This document shows, one piece after another, positions 57,784 through 64,000 of a stretch of 64,000 nt of DNA. The DNA is taken from contig CAVYXA010000001.1 in the NCBI GenBank assembly GCA_963772365.1, positions 192,001-256,000 of the forward strand. The letters are read 5' to 3'. Position 1 is the stretch's first letter, and every line of letters starts with the position of its first letter. The notes beneath the pieces are model-generated. The model ran no database searches, had not been told where the DNA came from, and saw only the letters and a list, made by a program, of their open reading frames with translations. A program made the position numbers and the translations under genes. Origin of the DNA: an uncultured Verrucomicrobiae bacterium. Lineage in GTDB: Bacteria > Verrucomicrobiota > Verrucomicrobiia > Chthoniobacterales > UBA10450.

Positions 57784-58491
57784 GTGTATTCAGAACTGGA
57801 ACAATTGCTCGTTCTTCAAGATCGAGAACAGAAGATCAGACAGATCGAAACGGAAATCGGCACTCTGCCGCTGCAACGCAAGAATCTCGAAACGCAACTG
57901 GCCGAAAGCGTGGCCGGAGTGGAGAACCTCAAGCAGAAGACGCGGCAGAATGAGATGGATCGCAAAAAAATGGAACTCGATGTCGGCACGCGCGCCGAAA
58001 GCATCGCCCGGCTTAAGACCCAGCAATATCAAACTCGCAAGAACGACGAATTTCAGGCTATCAGTCACGAAATTCAGCGTTACGAAGACGAAATCCGAAA
58101 GATCGAAGACACGGAACTCGAATTGATGGTCGAGGCTGACAAAGTGAAGGCCGATCTGGCGATCGAAGAGAAGAAAGCCGCAGTTGTAAAAGAATCGATT
58201 GGCCGGCAAACGTCCGATTTGGAGGAGAAAGGCAAAGCATTGCAAACGCGGCTGGAGGAACTTACGAAAGAACGCGCGGAATTAGCCGGCAAGATCGACG
58301 AAGACTTGCTGGGTCAATTCGAACGTCTATTCAAGAGTAAAGGCGATGCAGTAATCGTGGCGCTGGAGCACGAAGTTTGCACCGGCTGTCACATGAAAGT
58401 GACCACCCAAACCGCGCACCGTGTGAAAGCGGGGAAGGAAATCGTCAGCTGTGAAAATTGCGGCCGAATCCTGTACGATGCAGCGGCTTGA
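57784..58491 (+). CDS. Coiled-coil C4 zinc-ribbon protein (DUF164/zf-RING_7 type)
   Basis: Long coiled coil; CTGCHM..CENCGRIL. Confidence 0.9.
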   Translation: MYSELEQLLVLQDREQKIRQIETEIGTLPLQRKNLETQLAESVAGVENLKQKTRQNEMDRKKMELDVGTRAESIARLKTQQYQTRKNDEFQAISHEIQRYEDEIRKIEDTELELMVEADKVKADLAIEEKKAAVVKESIGRQTSDLEEKGKALQTRLEELTKERAELAGKIDEDLLGQFERLFKSKGDAVIVALEHEVCTGCHMKVTTQTAHRVKAGKEIVSCENCGRILYDAAA

Positions 58492-58558
58492 TCCGCTGCC
58501 AGAAGCTAAAGCCTGCCCGCTACTTTCGCTGGCATGTTCCGCCACGGCGGATTCGCCC

Positions 58559-58654
58559 TGTGGCGATTGAGCGAAGCGACACATCTCAAACTATTATTGT
58601 GGACGGCTGGGTGAAGCGAATAGTCAGAGATTCTTCGTTTCGCTCAGAATGACA
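58559..58654. repeat. Palindromic GTCAT...ATGAC intergenic repeat, copy 3 (left end degenerate)
   Basis: TTGAGCGAAGCGACACATCTC ... GAGATTCTTCGTTTCGCTCAGAATGACA. Confidence 0.8.
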
Positions 58655-58658
58655 TTTT

Positions 58659-59786
58659 TCAAATAAACCCTTCGGCGACCGAATCAGCCAGCGATTTACC
58701 TTTCTTCGTAAGCAGAAACCGCCCGTTTAATTGGCGGAGCAATCCCAACGCCATAAACTCGCTCGTCTGTTCTGGGAATGGCTCGAGCTCGGAAGCAGAT
58801 ACGCCATCTCGCGTGCGCAGCGAAAGAGCGATTCGCTCCGTTCGCTTGAATTCAGGAGTTAGCGTTTCCGTCGACGAGATCGGGGATTGACCGGAAAGAA
58901 CACGACCGATGTAGGCGCGATAATCACATACGTTTTGCCATCGCTGAAAACCGCGAGTGGAGAATGCGCTGGGTCCAATTCCCAAATAATCTTCTCCTGC
59001 CCAGTAAGCACGATTGTGGACCGATGAAAAGCCGGGCCGCGCGTAATTTGACGTCTCGTAATGCTCGTACCCAGCGTTCGGCAGGATCGACATCGCCAGA
59101 TCGAAAAATTTGGCGTCAGCATCTGCGTTCTGCCGAAACTCGCCCCGCGCATGCCGCAGGAAGAACTCCGTGTCTTCCTCGTAGGTGAGGCAATAGGCGG
59201 AAATGTGCTCGGGTTGCAGCGCAATTGTTCTTTCCAATGTCATTCGCCATTGGTCGATGCTTTGACCGGGTAATCCAAACATCAGATCGATATTGATGTT
59301 CGTGAAGCCGACGTCACGCAGGATCGAAAACGATTTCGCGATGTGGGCCGGAGTATGATCTCGGCCGAGCAAGTTCAGCAAATCTTCGTCCCACGATTGG
59401 ACGCCGAGGCTGATCCGATCCACATCTAATTTCCTTAGAACGCCTGCTTTTCTAGCCGAGACGCTGCCGGGATTGGCTTCGATAGTCCATTCAACGAGAT
59501 GAGCGAGATCGAGTTTCCTACGAAATCCATCGATAAGAAACTCGAGCTGCGAAGTTGTAAGCGCAGTGGGTGTTCCTCCTCCGAAATAAATTGTTTCCGG
59601 CACAACATCAAAATTGGAGATTTGCTGCTCGAGCTCGCTCACAATTGCCTCGCAAAATCGATTGGTGTGCGAGCGATCGAGCAGCTCCTTGTAAAACGCG
59701 CAATAAGGGCAGATACGAGCACAAAATGGAATGTGGACGTACAGGTGGCGGATAGCGTCTGAGTTGTTATTCGTGCCATTGCCCAT
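58659..59786 (-). CDS. hemW: Radical SAM heme chaperone HemW
   Basis: LYVHIPFCARICPYCAF, YFGGGTP, YETSNYA, HNRAYW. Confidence 0.92.
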   Translation of the reverse strand: MGNGTNNNSDAIRHLYVHIPFCARICPYCAFYKELLDRSHTNRFCEAIVSELEQQISNFDVVPETIYFGGGTPTALTTSQLEFLIDGFRRKLDLAHLVEWTIEANPGSVSARKAGVLRKLDVDRISLGVQSWDEDLLNLLGRDHTPAHIAKSFSILRDVGFTNINIDLMFGLPGQSIDQWRMTLERTIALQPEHISAYCLTYEEDTEFFLRHARGEFRQNADADAKFFDLAMSILPNAGYEHYETSNYARPGFSSVHNRAYWAGEDYLGIGPSAFSTRGFQRWQNVCDYRAYIGRVLSGQSPISSTETLTPEFKRTERIALSLRTRDGVSASELEPFPEQTSEFMALGLLRQLNGRFLLTKKGKSLADSVAEGFI

Positions 59787-59815
59787 ACAATTTCGGCAGT
59801 ATCCCAAGTCTTCCT

Positions 59816-60856
59816 TTGTCGATCCGAAAGATAGCTCTTGTTTTCGTTTGCACCATCTCCTGCGCAATTGCTCAGGAGACGCCCGCGCCGAGCCCGACAC
59901 CATCCGTCGTTTACAAAGTCCACGATGCAGACGCGATCCAAAATTATGAGACGAATCCGGCCGTTGTTCGGTCGATGGTGAATCGGCTCGTGCTTGCCGT
60001 GACCGGGCAATCCGATATTGCCAAAGCGTGGAAATCGCTCGTTTCACCGCAGGACAAGATTGGGATCAAAATATCCGCTGCCGGCGGCGAGCTATTCACG
60101 ACCCACCACGATGTCGTCAGCGCCATTGTCGATGGTCTGGTGGATGCGGGCCATTCCCGCAGCAGCATTATTATATGGGATCGATCGTTAGGCGGAATCA
60201 AGGAAGCTGGATATTCGGAAAGGGATGGTTATCAGATCAAATCGATTCCGCCTCGAGAAGGCTACGATCCGAAGGCGCTATTGTCGGCTCCCATGATTGG
60301 TCAGCTGGTTTGGGGCGACGTGGAGTATCAGCCCACGAAGGGCACAATGCTGTCGGACAATGAAAACACCAGCCAACTCAGCCACATCGCGCGAATTCTT
60401 TCCAAACAGGTGACAAAAGTCATCAATGTCCCGGTCATGAGCATTAGCGAGACCAATGGTATCGCCGGTTGTCTTTACAACATGACCATCCCGAACCTCG
60501 ACAACTGGCGGCGGTTTGCCCAAACGTCTGGATTTGGGCGAGAAAGTCTGGCGGAGATTTACGATAATCCACTGATTGGCAAAAAAGTGGTGCTCAATTT
60601 GATGGATGGTTTGGTTGCTCAATATGCCGGCGGTCCCCAATCGCAGCCAAACTGGGCTGTGCATTATGCAACGCTTTATGCCAGCAAGGATCCCGTGGCC
60701 ATCGATGCGATTGCATTGAAGCGTTTACAGGAATGGCGCTCGCGCGGGAGCCTGCCTTCCATCCGGCACAACGCCGATTACATACAGGCCGCTTCCGATA
60801 TCGGATTGGGAAATTCGGCATTGAATCGAATCGAGATCAGAAATGTCGGCCGATAA
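59816..60856 (+). CDS. DUF362-like protein with signal-like N-terminus
   Basis: DKIGIKI, INVPV, GCLYNM, LMDGL..Y.GGP, DPVAIDA. Confidence 0.75.
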   Translation: MSIRKIALVFVCTISCAIAQETPAPSPTPSVVYKVHDADAIQNYETNPAVVRSMVNRLVLAVTGQSDIAKAWKSLVSPQDKIGIKISAAGGELFTTHHDVVSAIVDGLVDAGHSRSSIIIWDRSLGGIKEAGYSERDGYQIKSIPPREGYDPKALLSAPMIGQLVWGDVEYQPTKGTMLSDNENTSQLSHIARILSKQVTKVINVPVMSISETNGIAGCLYNMTIPNLDNWRRFAQTSGFGRESLAEIYDNPLIGKKVVLNLMDGLVAQYAGGPQSQPNWAVHYATLYASKDPVAIDAIALKRLQEWRSRGSLPSIRHNADYIQAASDIGLGNSALNRIEIRNVGR

Positions 60857-61847
60857 CCATGGCCGCACAGGCCTGCCGATTCTTCGTTCGGTTTCGCGAT
60901 CCTTCTATCTTTCCATTCGAATTTTGCCGATGCGTTTGCGGGAACCCGTCGCACTCGGCTATTTGTTGGCCCGTTCTACGGATACAATCGCCGATACCGC
61001 ATCGGTCCCGGTTGGGAAACGAGAGGAGGGATTGCAAAGATTGGCGGAAATCATTCAGGGCGAGGCGCCGCGGGAAGAGGTTGTCGATCTTCTACCTTCT
61101 TTCCTACCGCTGCAGACCAATCCCCATGAACGCGCACTTCTGGAAAACTTGCCGGTTTCATTAGAGTGGCTCGAGCAGTTGAATTCCGATGACCTCGCGG
61201 ATGTTCGGGCAGTCTTAGAAAAAATTACGCGAGGGCAGATGCTCGATCTTCTGCGGTTCGGTGATCCTGCCGAAGTTCGTGCGCTCAAAGGCGCCCCGGA
61301 CCTCGATGAATACACTTATCTGGTGGCGGGTTGCGTCGGCGAATTCTGGACCCGGCTTTGCTTTCGACATATTCGAAACTTCGCTGATTTGAGCGGGACC
61401 CAGATGCTCCGGTTGGGAACTGATTACGGTATGGGTTTACAACTGATTAATATTTTGCGCGATGCCGGAGCAGACTTGCACGCGGGCCGTTGTTATTTTC
61501 CAATCGACGAACTCGCCCAGCAAGGCCTCGCTCCGGATCACATTCTTCGTGAGCCGGAGCGGTTTTATCCGATCTACGCAAAATGGATGAAGCAAGCGGA
61601 ACGTGATCTCATAGCCGGTATTCAGTATTCACGTGCGATCCGAAACCCGCGGGTTCGCGCGGCGACGGTTTTGCCGGCTTTGATCGGGAATCGCACCATC
61701 GCCCTTTTACACAGTGCCGGCCCGACAGCCTTGCATCGAACGTTGAAAATTCCGCGTCGCGAAGTTCGGTGGATCGTTACATCGCTATTATTTACCTGCG
61801 CCTCGCGCCGGCGAATTTCTGCCCTGTTTCAGGAAATGAAGCCTTGA
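60843..61847 (+). CDS. Squalene/phytoene synthase-family protein
   Basis: VSRSFYLSI, ARSTDTIAD, YTYLVAGCVG, LQLINILRD..D..GRCY. Confidence 0.9.
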   Translation: MSADNHGRTGLPILRSVSRSFYLSIRILPMRLREPVALGYLLARSTDTIADTASVPVGKREEGLQRLAEIIQGEAPREEVVDLLPSFLPLQTNPHERALLENLPVSLEWLEQLNSDDLADVRAVLEKITRGQMLDLLRFGDPAEVRALKGAPDLDEYTYLVAGCVGEFWTRLCFRHIRNFADLSGTQMLRLGTDYGMGLQLINILRDAGADLHAGRCYFPIDELAQQGLAPDHILREPERFYPIYAKWMKQAERDLIAGIQYSRAIRNPRVRAATVLPALIGNRTIALLHSAGPTALHRTLKIPRREVRWIVTSLLFTCASRRRISALFQEMKP

Positions 61848-61854
61848 ACCTGGC

Positions 61855-62628
61855 TTATTCTCTGAAGTAATTGCGCTGCTTTTCAGTAATCGGTCGGTCG
61901 AGTCGATCGAGAACCTGCAACATGTCTTCCCATACCTTGCGCTTTTCCGATGTCGACTGGTTCCGGAGCAGATAAGCCGGATGATAGGTGATCATTAAGG
62001 GCGTTCCATTGTAGGAATGCCAGCGACCGCGCATTTCCCGCATTGTCCCGCGAGTGCCGAGCAGGCCCTCGACCGCGACGGCACCGAGAGCGACCAGGGC
62101 TTTTGGCTGAATGACATTAATTTGTTCGATGAGATACGGTTGGCAGGTCTGCATTTCTTGCGGGGTCGGGGCCCGATTTCCAAACGAACCGGCCGGCATG
62201 TCCGGGCGACACTTGAGAATGTTCGCGATGTAAACTTCTTCGCGGCTAAAGCCCATTGCCCTAATGATTTTTGTCAACAATTGCCCGGCCCGCCCGACAA
62301 ATGGTTCGCCTTGTCGATCTTCATCCGCGCCCGGCGCTTCGCCGACGAACATCAGGTCTGCATCCGGGTTGCCTACACCAAAAACAGTTTGAGTTCGCGT
62401 GCAGACGAGATGCGAACACTTCGTGCAGACGGACACGCGCTCGCGAATCGGCGACAGCAGCGCAGCTTTGTCAGCATTTGGTAGAGCGCGAGCGCCCAGC
62501 CTGACAAATGGCGCGTCCCCAGACACGAATCGCGCCAGCAAGTCTTTCGACGCTCTTGGCGGCCGCTCGCTTGTTTCGCGAATCTTGATGAGGGACGCGA
62601 TGACGAGATCGAGAACCGGCTCTTTCAT
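61855..62628 (-). CDS. Uracil-DNA glycosylase family 4 (Fe-S)
   Basis: [37 protein letters not shown]. Confidence 0.93.
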   Translation of the reverse strand: MKEPVLDLVIASLIKIRETSERPPRASKDLLARFVSGDAPFVRLGARALPNADKAALLSPIRERVSVCTKCSHLVCTRTQTVFGVGNPDADLMFVGEAPGADEDRQGEPFVGRAGQLLTKIIRAMGFSREEVYIANILKCRPDMPAGSFGNRAPTPQEMQTCQPYLIEQINVIQPKALVALGAVAVEGLLGTRGTMREMRGRWHSYNGTPLMITYHPAYLLRNQSTSEKRKVWEDMLQVLDRLDRPITEKQRNYFRE

Positions 62629-62678
62629 CCGAAGCGAGCATCCAAAATTTTGCGCGCGGCAGCAAATATTAATTAGCG

Positions 62679-62761
62679 TGTCATGTCGAGCGAAGTCGAG
62701 ACATCCCGTGGAGGAGTCATCAGTATTTGCAACGGGATTCCTCGACTTCGCTCGGAATGAC
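62679..62761. repeat. Palindromic GTCAT...ATGAC intergenic repeat, copy 4 (variant)
   Basis: TGTCATGTCGAGCGAAGTCGAGACATCCC ... GGGATTCCTCGACTTCGCTCGGAATGAC. Confidence 0.85.
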
Positions 62762-62762
62762 G

Positions 62763-63743
62763 ATGAATACACGATTAAGCGATTACGATTACGATCTCCC
62801 GCGAGACTTGATCGCTCAGCGGCCGCTCGAACATCGAGAAGATTCGAGGATGATGATCCTGCGGCGCGACTCACAGAGCATCGAACATCGACAATTTCGC
62901 GAGCTAAGAACGTTTTTGGATCCGGGCGACATACTCGTGTTAAACGACACGCGTGTTCTTCGCGCGCGAAGGTTTTCCAATGACAGGACGATTGAATTTT
63001 TGTTCCTCGAGCAAATCGATTCGCGCCGTTGGAAATGTCTCGTAAGGCCGGGGCGCAAAGTGCGACCTGGCGCAACGGCGAAGATCGACAACGCAAATCT
63101 GCGGGTAGAAGAGGTCACGGCAGAAGGCGAACGAATCGTTTCGCTGGATCGAGACATCGATCTTTATGGGGGCGGGTCGATGCCGTTGCCGCCTTACATC
63201 AGCCGCAAAAGCGATCTGGCTGACGAAACGCGTTATCAAACGGTTTTTGCACGAACTCCCGGTGCGCTCGCGGCACCGACCGCCGGTCTGCATTTCACGC
63301 CCGAAATAATTGCGAAAATTCCGCACACCTTTGTGACTCTCCACGTTGGAACAGGAACCTTTCTGCCAGTGCGCTCAGAAAACGTCGCTGACCATCGGAT
63401 GCATGTAGAGACGTTTTCGATCTCGTCTTTAGCTGCTGACAAAATCAACAAGGCCGGGCGAATTGTAGCGATTGGAACCACGGTTGTGCGCGTACTGGAA
63501 GCTGCTCATCGAGAAAATGGCAAATTAATCCCGCAAACTGGCGCGACCGATATTTTCATTTATCCGCCCTATCAATTCCGGCACGTCGATGTTCTGCTCA
63601 CGAATTTTCACCTGCCGCGCTCGACCTTGCTTATGCTGGTGAGCGCGTTTGCGGAGCGCGAATTCATATTGAGAGCGTACAAAGAAGCTATTCGAGACCG
63701 ATATCGCTTCTACAGTTACGGCGATTGCATGCTGATCCTGTAA
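62763..63743 (+). CDS. queA: SAM:tRNA ribosyltransferase-isomerase
   Basis: YDYDLPRDLIAQRP, PLPPYI, AAPTAGLHF, TNFHLPRST, YRFYSYGD. Confidence 0.97.
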   Translation: MNTRLSDYDYDLPRDLIAQRPLEHREDSRMMILRRDSQSIEHRQFRELRTFLDPGDILVLNDTRVLRARRFSNDRTIEFLFLEQIDSRRWKCLVRPGRKVRPGATAKIDNANLRVEEVTAEGERIVSLDRDIDLYGGGSMPLPPYISRKSDLADETRYQTVFARTPGALAAPTAGLHFTPEIIAKIPHTFVTLHVGTGTFLPVRSENVADHRMHVETFSISSLAADKINKAGRIVAIGTTVVRVLEAAHRENGKLIPQTGATDIFIYPPYQFRHVDVLLTNFHLPRSTLLMLVSAFAEREFILRAYKEAIRDRYRFYSYGDCMLIL

Positions 63744-64000
63744 CTGGATCGAGATCCCACCCGCGTTGGAGCGAATGGATTTGTTGCGACCGCGATCACG
63801 GCATCCATGCGTCCATAGGCGAATCGAGAACCATCTGGAGAAAATGCGAGCGAGCTGACGCCATCCCGCGCGTATCCCAGCTCCTGATTATAGAACAATT
63901 GAAGCGTCCAGTCAGACACTCGCCAGAACTGAATTTGACTATCGCCTTCGGCCCCGAGGTTGGGAGGTCCTGCCAAAGCCAGATAGGCACTGTCAGGTGT
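63716..64000 (-). CDS. WD40-repeat protein C-terminus (cut by window edge)
   Basis: Frame open to the window end; IQFWRVSD, VSSLAFSPDGSRFAYG. Confidence 0.75.
   Translation of the reverse strand, partial: TPDSAYLALAGPPNLGAEGDSQIQFWRVSDWTLQLFYNQELGYARDGVSSLAFSPDGSRFAYGRMDAVIAVATNPFAPTRVGSRSSYRISMQSP

Noticed and set aside
59787..60047. N-terminal extension of the HemW ORF
   Set aside because: Antisense to the DUF362 gene; HemW similarity starts just after the ATG at 59786.
44234..62761. GTCAT...ATGAC repeats as a CRISPR array
   Set aside because: Copies are kilobases apart and each is an inverted pair, not direct repeats with regular spacers; no cas genes.
62629..63096. Long N-terminal extension of the UDG ORF
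   Set aside because: It is antisense to queA and runs through the palindromic repeat; the plausible start is ATG 62628.
1..64000. tRNA, rRNA, tRNA-Sec, integrase or transposase genes
   Set aside because: None recognised by eye; a tRNAscan-SE/Infernal run is needed to exclude small RNAs.

Overview
GC-rich bacterial chromosomal segment with about 65 genes. PEP-CTERM proteins, a dockerin-like C-terminal tail, a nuclease-ligase fusion and the STAS-PP2C-grpE-dnaJ arrangement suggest a soil Verrucomicrobiota (Chthoniobacterales-like) genome; this is inference only. Housekeeping genes (rho, rnd, pepT, aroA-cmk-plsC, DNA ligase, grpE-dnaJ, rsmE, hemW, family-4 UDG, queA) alternate with accessory blocks. 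Many genes are split by single-base indels, densest at about 50.7-56.5 kb and including grpE and dnaJ, so most breaks are probably sequencing or assembly errors. I found no rRNA, tRNA, CRISPR array or intact transposase. Best leads: (1) a three-gene locus (6.9-9.5 kb) with a 324-aa protein carrying a Lys/Glu/Asp-rich tail and a C-terminal FIxxxERPxVG motif, followed by one degenerate and one intact RimK-type ATP-grasp ligase, a candidate graspetide-like system that would modify a folded protein; (2) two hidden selenoprotein candidates (AhpD-like CPFU at 20.5 kb; membrane peroxiredoxin-like WUPLC at 57.4 kb), each with a SECIS-like hairpin; (3) a REP-like doublet read through in frame inside the linker of the nuclease-ligase fusion, plus a four-copy palindromic repeat family; (4) a GH46-like hydrolase with an LprI partner; (5) an ArsR/DUF899/SRPBCC operon near a beta-propeller/MoaD-like pair.
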